From an uncultured Bacilli bacterium (GTDB lineage: Bacteria > Bacillota_I > Bacilli_A > RFN20 > CAG-449), in NCBI GenBank assembly GCA_947588815.1, contig CANQAG010000005.1, positions 14,731 to 78,730 on the forward strand: a stretch of DNA of 64,000 bases. The letters are read 5' to 3'. The stretch's first letter is position 1, and each line of letters opens with the position of its first letter. The notes beneath the pieces were generated by a model that was not told where the DNA came from, did no database searches, and saw nothing but the letters and a program-made list of their open reading frames with translations. Below, piece after piece: positions 1-9,871 of this stretch. A program made the translations under genes and the position numbers.

Positions 1-126
1 TACGAGCATCCATTGCTCACTATATTGACGTTTCAATCGTCGTTCCTGAAAAGTAAATTCTTTTAGTGAAGGAGCGTATACTTGATGATTTACTAGCTTG
101 TCATAATTAAAAGTTTTCTCATTCAT
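1..126 (-). CDS. Partial CDS (N-terminus only, runs off window edge), unknown product
   Basis: ATG at 126 preceded by GAGGGA RBS; open frame MNEKTFNYDKLVNHQVYAPSLKEFTFQERRLKRQYSEQWMLV to the edge. Confidence 0.55.
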   Translation of the reverse strand, partial: MNEKTFNYDKLVNHQVYAPSLKEFTFQERRLKRQYSEQWMLV

Positions 127-244
127 TTTATCCCTCTTTTTTTCTATAATCGCACAAATTTGTACTATCCGTAAAAATTATAATACATTTATGCTCCTAT
201 TTTCTATATTTCGCTCAAATTTGTCTAACATATACTTAGGTGAT

Positions 245-541
245 ATGTGTATGTGGAACGAAAGATTGCGAGAACTTCGAGAGGAACATGATCTCACACA
301 AAGCCAATTAGCCCATAAATTAGGTTTAAACTATAAGACAATCTACCGCTATGAAAATGGAATTTGTGAACCAAATCTCTCAATTCTTGTAAAATTAGCT
401 AAAATGTATGATGTCAGCATCGATTATCTATGTAATCTTTCTGATATAAAAAAGCGAGATAACGATGCCCTCATTGAAATGTTGAGTAAAAACATCAACG
501 AAACCAATAATCTTTTAAAGGCATTAAAAAAATCCCGATAA
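245..541 (+). CDS. XRE-family HTH transcriptional regulator
   Basis: LRELREEHDLTQSQLAHKLGLNYKTIYRYENGICEP HTH_3 pattern; start moved to ATG 245 (or 251) after AGGTGA RBS. Confidence 0.9.
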   Translation: MCMWNERLRELREEHDLTQSQLAHKLGLNYKTIYRYENGICEPNLSILVKLAKMYDVSIDYLCNLSDIKKRDNDALIEMLSKNINETNNLLKALKKSR

Positions 542-549
542 GGGATTTT

Positions 550-1416
550 TTATTTGAACCATTCCGGTTTCTCTAATTTTAGATTGATATATTCTCCACT
601 AATCGGATGACGAAATTTCAATTCGTTGGCCTGTAAAAACAGATTATTTGAATCTTTATTATCCCCATACAAGTCATCGCCGATTATCGGATGGTTAATA
701 TAAGCAAGATGAACTCTAATCTGATGAGTTCTACCGGTAATAATTTGCAAAGAAACCAATGTGTTTTCTCCGCTTTTTTGTAAAACCTGATACTTAGTAA
801 TTGCTCTTTTTCCTTTAGGATTAACACGATAGCGTTGGGCATTATGTCGATCACGCCCTAATGGTGCATCGATAGTACCTTCTCTATGTGAAAAATGATT
901 TTTAACAAGCGCGATGTAATAGCGTTCTATTAATCCATCTTGTATCATCATATTTAAAATTGCTTCTGTCAAAAAATCCTTTGCAAAAATCAATAAACCT
1001 GTAGTTTTAAAATCTAATCGATGAATATATCGTATCTTTCTTCTTAGTTTATGATTAGCATAGTAACCACTTACTAAGTTCACCAAAGTTCCTTTTTCTT
1101 TTTTGTCACTTGGATGGATTAAAAGATTCGACGGTTTATTGACAACCAAAAGATATTCATCTTCGTAAACGACAGATAATTTACCGCGTTCTGGAATAAA
1201 ATCTAAATTTTCTTCAAAGAGAAAACATAAATGATCCCCTTTGTTTAAGATAGTTTCAAGGGTTCTTGAATTTCCGTTAATATATATCGCGCGTTCAATT
1301 CGAAGTTGCTCGATACGACTTCGCCCTACATTACAACGCTTTAAAAATTCTTTAACTGTCAGTCCTTGATTTTTACTATTGATCACAAGTTCAACTTTAT
1401 CCAATGATATCACCAT
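550..1416 (-). CDS. rluA: RluA-family pseudouridine synthase
   Basis: VVNKPSNL, HRLDFKTTG (catalytic Asp), GRTHQIRVH, PIIGDDLY motifs. Confidence 0.92.
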   Translation of the reverse strand: MVISLDKVELVINSKNQGLTVKEFLKRCNVGRSRIEQLRIERAIYINGNSRTLETILNKGDHLCFLFEENLDFIPERGKLSVVYEDEYLLVVNKPSNLLIHPSDKKEKGTLVNLVSGYYANHKLRRKIRYIHRLDFKTTGLLIFAKDFLTEAILNMMIQDGLIERYYIALVKNHFSHREGTIDAPLGRDRHNAQRYRVNPKGKRAITKYQVLQKSGENTLVSLQIITGRTHQIRVHLAYINHPIIGDDLYGDNKDSNNLFLQANELKFRHPISGEYINLKLEKPEWFK

Positions 1417-1441
1417 TGATTATCTTAGCGAAAAAAGTTAT

Positions 1442-2140
1442 TTAATTAAATAAAATATCATCACTTCTAGTTAAATTCCATAAAAACAAACTCATGATAA
1501 AGCCTAAAACAATAACGATCTCTACATAATCTTTAAGATAATAGGAAAATGCCTCTATTGTTATAAAAATCGCCAACAAATGAAAGATATTTAATAATTT
1601 TGAAAAACTTCCGATTATCTGAACGACAAAGACAATTAAAAACGTTAAAATCAAACTCCAAAATATTCCCAAAATTCGCCCGATTTCAAACGATGGATCC
1701 ACAAGATACATCAAGGCAATCGATAAATTTGAGATTTGAAACGGAAAAACAAAATTATGCCATACTTCTTTTTTATAATTTTGTTTTTTATGAAAAATTA
1801 AAAGAAAATAACAAATGATAAACGATAAAGAAATCAATTCATCAAAAATTTGTAAACTTAATTGTTCGTTGGTAAAGAAGAGATTGAATCCCACAATCGA
1901 AAACAACAAGGACAAGCAATGAATCATCGTGGCTTTATTTATCAGGCGTTGTAATAAATTGATACACATCCCTACAAAAAGCAAAGAAAATCCCAATAAA
2001 CGATAATCGTTTTCAAAGTGCATCAAATTAACAAAAAGCGCAAAAAAGATGGAAATTACTCCCGTTAAAACAAAAACTATTTTTTCTATTGTCTTTAATT
2101 CCGTCTTAAAAAAAACATATGTTTGATTATTGTATCCCAT
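1442..2140 (-). CDS. Multi-pass membrane protein, unknown function
   Basis: 232-aa ORF with about 7-8 hydrophobic segments; AGGGAG RBS. Confidence 0.7.
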   Translation of the reverse strand: MGYNNQTYVFFKTELKTIEKIVFVLTGVISIFFALFVNLMHFENDYRLLGFSLLFVGMCINLLQRLINKATMIHCLSLLFSIVGFNLFFTNEQLSLQIFDELISLSFIICYFLLIFHKKQNYKKEVWHNFVFPFQISNLSIALMYLVDPSFEIGRILGIFWSLILTFLIVFVVQIIGSFSKLLNIFHLLAIFITIEAFSYYLKDYVEIVIVLGFIMSLFLWNLTRSDDILFN

Positions 2141-2318
2141 AATTACTCCCTATACTTTCATCAAAAAATTCTTTATTTTAGATACATTTTTATTATACCT
2201 CATCTTATTATTTTAGCGTTATTTTAAAAAAAGTAGATGCAATTTAAATTTCATTATTTTTTTCTTCTAAAAAAATGTCTTTAAAATACAAAGAATTTAT
2301 GCTTTAAAAAGTTATATT

Positions 2319-2335
2319 TGTCGAAAGATGTCGAA
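2319..2335 (+). promoter_or_regulatory. Tandem TGTCGAA motifs (Spo0A-box-like)
   Basis: TGTCGAA at 2319-2325 and 2329-2335, 10-bp period, intergenic. Confidence 0.45.
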
Positions 2336-2454
2336 TGACAATTTAAAAAAACTTTGTTATGAAATTATATTGTTTACCTATATTAGATAAATGCAATAAG
2401 TAACAGATTTACATTGTTTAAAAGATTGTAAAAAGTTATATTATATAATTAATA

Positions 2455-5160
2455 ATGTGGCTAGTATTTCGTGGAGGATCTCGGGTGAAAATTTTTAATC
2501 AAGTTTTATCACAAATATTTTTACTTTCAAGGCGATTTGTATATCTTATCGCTCCACTTTTAACTTTGTCGCTTTTTCTTTTGATTTGTGCCCAAAATAA
2601 CATTTATCCCACTGGCGAAAAATCGTTAGCATGGTGTGACGCTAATCAACAGTTTATCCCTCTTTTAGCCGACTTTAAAGATATTTTGGAAGGGCAACAA
2701 GGTTTTTTTATCAACCTTGCTAACGCCGGCGGAACCAATTTTTTCGGAATTTTCTTTTTCTTCTTATGTAGTCCTTTCTCCTTTTTGGTAATTTTTGTTT
2801 CTAAAACGGATTTAATGCTGTTTTTCAATATTCTCATGTTACTTAAACTAATGACCATTTCCCTTACTTCCAGTTGGTATTTAGGGCGAAAATATCGGAA
2901 TTTAAATGTCGGTATGGTATTAGGACTTTCCATGCTTTATACTTTCTCAGCTTACACTATGATGTATTATCAAAATTTGATGTGGCTTGATATCGTATAC
3001 CTTTTACCATTGCTTTTAGCAGCCATCGATTATCTGTTTGATAAAGATAAATACCTACCATATATGCTTACCATCATTTTCATTTTTGTACTTAATTATT
3101 ACCTTGGAGCCATGGTGATTATTTTTACGCTACTCTACGTTGGGTTAAGACTCTACGATGAACGTAAATTAATTGCCACCAAACGTATCGCTCTATCATT
3201 TATCAAAGGTTCTGCTTTAGCGGCTTTAATCGCAGCTTTTATCTATATTCCGGTCTTTATTCAATATTTGTCCTCGGCAAGATCGACATCGTTAATCACT
3301 TCAATTCAAAAATCATGGTTTATCCCTTCATATCAAACCACGATACCGATTTTCTTATGTTTAGTGAGCATTATTCCGTTCATATTCATTAAAAACGCTA
3401 AAAATCGCGTGAGAATTATCCTTTTCATTCTAACTTTAATTCCATGTGTGATTGAACCAATCAACAAAATGTGGCACTTCGGTTCTTATCAAGCTTTTCC
3501 ATGTCGCTTTGCATTTATAACCATCATGCTCGGAATTGAAATTGTCGCTTCCAATCTTGACCTTTTCTTTGAAAATCAAAAATCGAGTTTGAAAGGATTA
3601 ATCGGGGATGCTTTAGTGATTTTAATTGCAATCGGCGCTATCTTCTTTCAAATAAGATTTGTCGAAGAAAAAATCGGTTCTCTTGATCAATACGCTTCCA
3701 CTCTTTGGGGCAATACCACTTCTTTTGAAGCTATCTTGCGCTACTATTCAGTAATTTTCTTAATGGTTTTGATTATATTCGGTATCCTAAAAATTAGAAA
3801 AATCAACAAAGTCGGTTTTAGTATTTCGCTTCTAGGTCTTCTATTAGTCGATGCGACCTTTTCTTTAAGAATCTATGCCGTTCCCCCTTCACGCGACACT
3901 ATTTCATACCAAAATTATTTTGAATTAAGCGACAAAATTCAAGATGAATCATTCTATAGAGTTAAGACTGCCACTAGGATGATGGATGTCAATTTACTCG
4001 GAGCCATCGGTTATAATTCAATCGGTCATTATACTTCTTTAACCGATGAAACGTACATGTTTACAATGAAAAAGCTGGGTTATTCTGCTTGTTGGATGGA
4101 AGTTGGAACTTATGGTGGCACTAAATTTACCGACGCTTTATTAATTAATAAATATACGATAAAATCCGGTGCTCAAAGCGACGCATATCTAAACACCGAA
4201 CATTTTTCGATTTATGAAAATCAAGTCTTCCCATTTGGAATTCCAACTTTTTCAGATTTATCTACTGAAGAAGAACTAGAACCAAATACACGCGCTACAA
4301 TGCAAAATCATATTTATGAAAAACTTTTCGGTGGAGAATCTTTGCATAATTTCTATGATTATGAAACTCACGCGATTCAAGACGATTCGACTGAAGACTA
4401 TTTTAGACTAAAACCTTTATCCACTAATTCTTATCTTCAATACAATGTTGAAGTTAATTCACCGGAAACCTTATACTTTGAATGTTTCGATCAATATAGT
4501 AACAATCTTAGCGAACCGATTAACGAATCATTAAAGATATACGTTAACGATAAACTGATCAGCAATTCTTATCCAACCCCAAATATAAACGGAGTCATCG
4601 AATTAGGCACTTTTGAAAACACCACCGTTCGTGTTCAAGTTAAATTGACAAAAACTCTCAACTGTCGTTCCTTATCGCTTTATAGCATCAAAGATCAATT
4701 GTTTGATCAAGTAATCTCTACTACCAAAGGCGCTGATTTAAAAGTTTCAGGCGATCGAATATACGGTTCTTTTAATAACTCGCAAAATGCGAATTACCTT
4801 TTTATCGCGCTTCCTTATAACGCTGGTTACCACGCTAAAATAAATGGCCAAAACGCTTCTTTAATTCGTGTCTTCTCCGGATTTATGGCTCTTAAATTAA
4901 ATGAAGGTCAAAATGACATTGAGCTTACTTTCTATGCTCAAGGAATGACGCCGGGAATTATCCTTACATGTTTAGGGTTAATTCTTCTTAGTGTCGATTT
5001 ACTCGTAAAATATCGTTATAAACTGACTATTCCTCATCGCGATGTTCTTGAAAGAATCTCATTTGTAACTTGTATTGTTTTATTAGTACTAATGATCTTT
5101 ATCTTATATTTATTCCCAATATTGCTTAACATTTCTAGAGAATTGTCACTGTTTGTTTAG
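2455..5160 (+). CDS. yfhO: YfhO-family (GT-C-like) membrane protein
   Basis: CDANQQFIPLL, GGTNFFGIFFFFLCSPF, IPVFIQYLSSAR, FPCRFAF, and C-terminal ALPYNAGYHAKING...GFMALKLNEGQNDIELTFY; 901 aa. Confidence 0.85.
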   Translation: MWLVFRGGSRVKIFNQVLSQIFLLSRRFVYLIAPLLTLSLFLLICAQNNIYPTGEKSLAWCDANQQFIPLLADFKDILEGQQGFFINLANAGGTNFFGIFFFFLCSPFSFLVIFVSKTDLMLFFNILMLLKLMTISLTSSWYLGRKYRNLNVGMVLGLSMLYTFSAYTMMYYQNLMWLDIVYLLPLLLAAIDYLFDKDKYLPYMLTIIFIFVLNYYLGAMVIIFTLLYVGLRLYDERKLIATKRIALSFIKGSALAALIAAFIYIPVFIQYLSSARSTSLITSIQKSWFIPSYQTTIPIFLCLVSIIPFIFIKNAKNRVRIILFILTLIPCVIEPINKMWHFGSYQAFPCRFAFITIMLGIEIVASNLDLFFENQKSSLKGLIGDALVILIAIGAIFFQIRFVEEKIGSLDQYASTLWGNTTSFEAILRYYSVIFLMVLIIFGILKIRKINKVGFSISLLGLLLVDATFSLRIYAVPPSRDTISYQNYFELSDKIQDESFYRVKTATRMMDVNLLGAIGYNSIGHYTSLTDETYMFTMKKLGYSACWMEVGTYGGTKFTDALLINKYTIKSGAQSDAYLNTEHFSIYENQVFPFGIPTFSDLSTEEELEPNTRATMQNHIYEKLFGGESLHNFYDYETHAIQDDSTEDYFRLKPLSTNSYLQYNVEVNSPETLYFECFDQYSNNLSEPINESLKIYVNDKLISNSYPTPNINGVIELGTFENTTVRVQVKLTKTLNCRSLSLYSIKDQLFDQVISTTKGADLKVSGDRIYGSFNNSQNANYLFIALPYNAGYHAKINGQNASLIRVFSGFMALKLNEGQNDIELTFYAQGMTPGIILTCLGLILLSVDLLVKYRYKLTIPHRDVLERISFVTCIVLLVLMIFILYLFPILLNISRELSLFV

Positions 5161-5177
5161 AAATCATAATTAATTAC

Positions 5178-5202
5178 AAAAAGCACCTCTCGGTGCTTTT
5201 TT
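5178..5202 (+). terminator. Rho-independent terminator (bidirectional shape)
   Basis: AAAAAGCACC-TCTC-GGTGCTTTTTT. Confidence 0.85.
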
Positions 5203-5257
5203 ATTAGGTATAAAATATAACAAAAAAAGCCCTTATTAACGGACTTTTGAATGTCAT

Positions 5258-5334
5258 TGGTGACCCGTACGGGATTCGAACCCATGAGTGCATGCGTGAA
5301 AGGCATGTGAGTTAAGCCACTTCTCCAACGGGCC
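5258..5334 (-). tRNA. trnE: tRNA-Glu (TTC)
   Basis: Reverse complement GGCCCGTTGGAGAAG...CATGCCTTTCACGCATG...GGTTCGAATCCCGTACGGGTCACCA folds as a cloverleaf; CCA encoded. Confidence 0.95.
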
Positions 5335-5336
5335 GA

Positions 5337-5412
5337 TGGCGCTTAGTGTAGGGCTCGAACCTACGACCGATCGGTTAACAGCCGATTGCTCTGCCAACTG
5401 AGCTAACTAAGC
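5337..5412 (-). tRNA. trnN: tRNA-Asn (GTT)
   Basis: Reverse complement GCTTAGTTAGCTCAGTTGGCAGAGCAATCGGCTGTTAACCGAT...GGTTCGAGCCCTACACTAAGCGCCA. Confidence 0.95.
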
Positions 5413-5481
5413 ATATTTCTACTTACCTTTACGGCAAGTAGAATAATATCATATCACTATTTTGAATGCAATAAGTTTTTA

Positions 5482-5709
5482 TTATTTTTGAAGTTTTGCT
5501 TCAATTGCTTTATAAACGTCAGAAACCTTCTTTAAAGCAACCATTTCTTCGTTTTCAAACTCGATGTTGAATTCGTCTTCAATATTCATAATCAATTCAA
5601 CAGTGTCGAGTGAATCAAGACCAAGTTCTTTTAAATCGCTATCAGGATTAATGTCTTTTCCTTTTAAAGTTTTTTCAAATAATTTTTTTAATCTCTCTTC
5701 AATATTCAT
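5482..5709 (-). CDS. acpP: Acyl carrier protein
   Basis: LGLDSLDTVELIMNIEDEFNIEF phosphopantetheine motif. Confidence 0.93.
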   Translation of the reverse strand: MNIEERLKKLFEKTLKGKDINPDSDLKELGLDSLDTVELIMNIEDEFNIEFENEEMVALKKVSDVYKAIEAKLQK

Positions 5710-5732
5710 ATTTTTCTCCTTAATTTTTTCTT

Positions 5733-7307
5733 TTATCGTTTTGCTTCATCGACCATACAAGCCAAATGTTCCGCGAACTCTTTAGTCAATTTTTTCTTAT
5801 CTATTCTGAATTGCCAATTTCCAGTAGCGGTACCGGGGGTATTCATTCTTGAATATTTGTCTAATTTCAACAAATCTTGGATTTGAAAAATAACCACATC
5901 GGCATTACTTCTCATCAAAGAGCCGATCATCGTATCGATAAGGTATTGAGAATCTTGAATGCCTAAATAATCCATCATCGCCGGAACTTGATCTTGATGT
6001 TCGTCAATAAAGTTTGTAATCACATCGTTATCGTGTGTTCCGATATAGGCGATACAATTGTTTTCATAATTGTGCGGTAAAAACGCATTGGTAAGTCTTG
6101 CTTCTTTTAAGCGTTTAGGATCAGCGTAAACTTCCTGTGGGATAGGGATCTCTTCACCCCATTCATTGTGAGTGGTATTCATCGATAAGCAACGATAATA
6201 ATCATCGAACGCAAATTGGAAAATTTTTAAACCCGGGAATCCCGTCGCTTTTTTGAGCATTCTGACTTCTTTAGTAATAACGCCTAAATCTTCAGCGATA
6301 ATTTGCAAGTTACCGGCATCTTTTTTAATCGCCTCAAATAACTCCAAACCCGGTCCTTTGACCCATTGACCATTGATCGCAGTTTCTTCGCCATACGGAA
6401 TCGCCCAATACGCTTCAAAGCCACGGAAGTGATCGATTCTTAAAAGATCGTAAAGCTTAGACATGCATTTGACGCGACGACGCCACCAAAGATAATTGGT
6501 TTTACGACACTTCTCATAGTCGTAAATCGGATTGCCCCATAATTGCCCTGTCGCCGAGAAGAAATCCGGTGGAACTCCCGCGACTTTAGTAGGTCTTCTC
6601 GATGAATCAAGTTGGAATAATTTAGCGTTACCCCACACATCAGCGGAATCCAATGAGACATATATAGGCATATCGCCGATAATTTTCACGCCGTGGCGTT
6701 TGGCGTAAGTTTTAAGACGATGATATTGGGTGAAAGCCAGGTATTGGATAAAAATCCAAAAATTATACTCTTCAAAATTTTCTTCCTTGGCCTTTTGGAC
6801 CGCTTTTCTTTTATGGAGTCGATAATCTCTTTTCCATTCTAACCAGCACACATCGTTATGTAACTTTTTAATCGTCATAAACATCGCATAATCTTCAAGC
6901 CACACTTTGTTTTTCTTGTAGAATTTTGCAACTTTATCCTTCAAGGTTTCATATCCCCGACTGTACGCTAAACGCAAAATATCAAAACGTTCTTTATAAA
7001 CGACGCCATAGTCGACAAAAAGACGATTGGTCCCTCCTTTGATTTTTTTCACTTCTTCTTTAGTAAGCATACCCTGCTTGACTAATAAATCCAAATCAAT
7101 GAAATATGGATTGATGGCAAACGCTGAAACCGATTGATAAGGCGAATCACCGTAGCCGGTTGGATTAAGTGGCAATAACTGCCAATATTTTTGCTTGGCC
7201 TTTTCTAAAAAGCGCACAAAAGCAAAAGCTTCTTTTCCAAAAGTACCGATCCCATGTTTACTAGGTAATGATGAGATATGTACAAGAAGTCCTGAACCTT
7301 TTTCCAT
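5733..7307 (-). CDS. malQ: 4-alpha-glucanotransferase (GH77)
   Basis: HISSLPS, WQLLPLNP, GDSPY, AGVPPDFFSATGQLWGNP, LRIDHFRGF, IAEDLG, GTHDND motifs. Confidence 0.95.
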   Translation of the reverse strand: MEKGSGLLVHISSLPSKHGIGTFGKEAFAFVRFLEKAKQKYWQLLPLNPTGYGDSPYQSVSAFAINPYFIDLDLLVKQGMLTKEEVKKIKGGTNRLFVDYGVVYKERFDILRLAYSRGYETLKDKVAKFYKKNKVWLEDYAMFMTIKKLHNDVCWLEWKRDYRLHKRKAVQKAKEENFEEYNFWIFIQYLAFTQYHRLKTYAKRHGVKIIGDMPIYVSLDSADVWGNAKLFQLDSSRRPTKVAGVPPDFFSATGQLWGNPIYDYEKCRKTNYLWWRRRVKCMSKLYDLLRIDHFRGFEAYWAIPYGEETAINGQWVKGPGLELFEAIKKDAGNLQIIAEDLGVITKEVRMLKKATGFPGLKIFQFAFDDYYRCLSMNTTHNEWGEEIPIPQEVYADPKRLKEARLTNAFLPHNYENNCIAYIGTHDNDVITNFIDEHQDQVPAMMDYLGIQDSQYLIDTMIGSLMRSNADVVIFQIQDLLKLDKYSRMNTPGTATGNWQFRIDKKKLTKEFAEHLACMVDEAKR

Positions 7308-7367
7308 TTAATAAACTCCTTCTATAACATAATTAATTATATTAATTAAAATCAATTTTAACAAGAT

Positions 7368-8042
7368 TTAACGTAACACACTCGCGATTATTTCCTTATT
7401 TTTGGCGCTGACGCGGTAAGAATCCTTTATTTTTCGAAGAATGTTCTTTCTAAGATTAGAATTTAATTTGGTTTTTTGCAAAAAATCATAAGTAATTTGA
7501 GGATATTTAGCGTAGGCAGTCGCTAAAAGCCACGCTTCAGCCATCATCACGTAGTAATCTTCACTATCGCTTATCAAATCAAAAACATCCGATAAATACT
7601 CATACTCCAAATAATGATCCAAAAAAACAATCACGGCAAAACGATGCACAAAAGTATCCGGTGATTTTAAAAACCGAGCAAGTTTATTTTTAATTTCCGC
7701 AAATGAAATTTTTTTTAAATTCAAAGTCGCTACCACCGAATCCACTAATGCCCAAGTATCGCATCGTTTGTAAAACTCAAAGAAAAAATCAAGTTTGCAA
7801 TCAAGGTCGCGCTTTGAATAAGCCATCGCCAAAGCGACCGTCAAAGCTTCTTCATAACTATCATAATACGGGTAGTTTGAAAAATCGTCATCGGCAATCA
7901 TCTTTGCAAGTTTACGTAAAGTCAAAGTTTTTACCCCATAATTTGGAAGTTTGGTATTTAAAACTTTTTGATCAAACAGTCTTTTGTTTTCGTCACCATA
8001 ACTGACAATTAAATTTTTCAATTGTTCGTAGTCCATAAACAT
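7368..8042 (-). CDS. DNA alkylation repair protein (AlkD-like)
   Basis: YGVKTLTLRKLAK, CDTWALVD, YYVMMAEAWLLATAYAKYP. Confidence 0.85.
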   Translation of the reverse strand: MFMDYEQLKNLIVSYGDENKRLFDQKVLNTKLPNYGVKTLTLRKLAKMIADDDFSNYPYYDSYEEALTVALAMAYSKRDLDCKLDFFFEFYKRCDTWALVDSVVATLNLKKISFAEIKNKLARFLKSPDTFVHRFAVIVFLDHYLEYEYLSDVFDLISDSEDYYVMMAEAWLLATAYAKYPQITYDFLQKTKLNSNLRKNILRKIKDSYRVSAKNKEIIASVLR

Positions 8043-8131
8043 TCCTCATCTTAATATTAAAATGCCATTAAATAATTTAAAAGTATTTAATTGAATCAAA
8101 AACCATTATACTAATGATGAGGGTCCAAATT

Positions 8132-8626
8132 ATGAAAAAAATAAATTTTGAAGATTTTTCGATCAATCCGTTTACATCTTTAGCCTTTGAATGGGCATTG
8201 CTTGTCGTTGAAGATCAAGTAGAAACCAATGCGATGACGATTGCTTGGGGACAATTTGGCGTTTTATGGCGTGAATATGTCGCTTCGGTATATGTACGAA
8301 ATACTCGTTATAGCAAGCATATCATTGATAACGGCCAACGTTTTTCGTTATGCTTCTTCGATGAATCTTATAAATCTTTACTTAAATACTTCGGTACAGT
8401 TTCCAAAAGAGACGAAGACAAAATCTTAAAATCGGGATTAACTTTAGATAAAATCGATGACATTCCTTATTTTAAAGAAGCCAAATTAGTCATCACTTGC
8501 AATACTTTCTATCAAACACCTTTGCCACTTGAAAACGCCAATGAAAAAATTAAAGCCTGCTATTATAGCGATGAAGAATATCACGAGATGTATATCGGAA
8601 AAATCGAAGGTATTTACCAAAAATAA
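8132..8626 (+). CDS. Flavin reductase-like protein
   Basis: NAMTIAWGQFGVLW, VYVRNTRYS, GTVSKRDEDK, YHEMYIGKI; start refined to ATG 8132 after GAGG RBS. Confidence 0.85.
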   Translation: MKKINFEDFSINPFTSLAFEWALLVVEDQVETNAMTIAWGQFGVLWREYVASVYVRNTRYSKHIIDNGQRFSLCFFDESYKSLLKYFGTVSKRDEDKILKSGLTLDKIDDIPYFKEAKLVITCNTFYQTPLPLENANEKIKACYYSDEEYHEMYIGKIEGIYQK

Positions 8627-8635
8627 AAAGTGCCG

Positions 8636-9871
8636 TTAAGCACTTTTTTTCATATACGCTTCAATATCGGACACTTCTTTTATGATGTCTTTAGAAAGGA
8701 TCTCGCGCCCGTTTTCAGTGACTAATACATCATCTTCAATCCGTACTCCGATACCATACTTTGAAAAGTAAAGCCCGGGTTCAACCGTGATGACCATACC
8801 TTTTTCAAGTGGCACGTCGCGAGCGATAGGATCATGAGTATCTAAACCCAAATGATGACTTACTCCATGGAAATAAACTTCATTGATTTCATTTGGAGTA
8901 TCAATCAACTTAGCCTCGAGACATTTATTTTGCAAAAAATCAATCGTCAACTTTTGTAAGTCGAGAAGAGTCAAACCGGGTTTAACATTTTCTATAATAT
9001 ATTTGTTGCAGGCTAAGACGATTTCATAAATCGTTTTATTCAATCCATGGTAAGTACCATCAATCGGATAAGTCCGAGAAATATCGGCGTTATAATAAGC
9101 GACTTCGGCTCCTAGATCAAGCAAGATCATGCCCTCTTTTTCCAAAGGTTCGATATTTTTATGATAATGTAAAATCGTGGCGTTGCGGCCTGAAGCGGCG
9201 ATCGTTTCAAAGGAAGTGTTAGCATTAGCTAAAGCCTTGATTTCTCCTTCAAATAAAGCTTGAACTTGATTTTCGCTTTGTAAATGCGGCAGCCTTGCCA
9301 TCACTTTTTCAAGAGCTTGCTTGGTGATTTCAATCGAATAACGCAAAGCTTCAATCTCTCTTTCCGATTTTATCGCCCGCAAGGAAATCACTAACGGATA
9401 AACGTCTATGATGTCTTTTCCGGTTTTTTCAAATTTCTTTTTCAACAGTTCTCCAAAATTCACTTGGCCTCTGAATTTGGTGATTTCAAGATCAAGATAG
9501 ATGCGTTCGATACGTGAATCCTTCTTTATCTTGCGGATTTCACTTTCAAACTTGGTAATCGAGAACACATCGTCGATTGAAGAAATCGTCTGCGCTTCTT
9601 CATGAGTTAAATACCATCCTATCCAGCGTGCCAATTTTTCATCATTGTCTAAGATGAATAACTTGGTTTCAACACGACCTTCGATCTTTTTCATCACTAA
9701 ATAACACTCTTCTTGTTTGAGGCCGGTCAAATAAAAGAAATTCATGTTACAAAGAAACGGATAAGATTCATCGTATGACGATTGTTTTAAAGCTCCGGAA
9801 AAAAGAATCAAAGCGCTGCCGTCTTCCATCTTGTCGAGCAATCTTTGACGATTATTAAGATATTCATTCAT
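8636..9871 (-). CDS. pepP: Xaa-Pro aminopeptidase (M24)
   Basis: N-terminal AMP_N (NFFYLTGL); LLDLGAE, NADISRT, HGVSHHLGLDTHD, TVEPGLY, GVRIEDD. Confidence 0.92.
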   Translation of the reverse strand: MNEYLNNRQRLLDKMEDGSALILFSGALKQSSYDESYPFLCNMNFFYLTGLKQEECYLVMKKIEGRVETKLFILDNDEKLARWIGWYLTHEEAQTISSIDDVFSITKFESEIRKIKKDSRIERIYLDLEITKFRGQVNFGELLKKKFEKTGKDIIDVYPLVISLRAIKSEREIEALRYSIEITKQALEKVMARLPHLQSENQVQALFEGEIKALANANTSFETIAASGRNATILHYHKNIEPLEKEGMILLDLGAEVAYYNADISRTYPIDGTYHGLNKTIYEIVLACNKYIIENVKPGLTLLDLQKLTIDFLQNKCLEAKLIDTPNEINEVYFHGVSHHLGLDTHDPIARDVPLEKGMVITVEPGLYFSKYGIGVRIEDDVLVTENGREILSKDIIKEVSDIEAYMKKSA

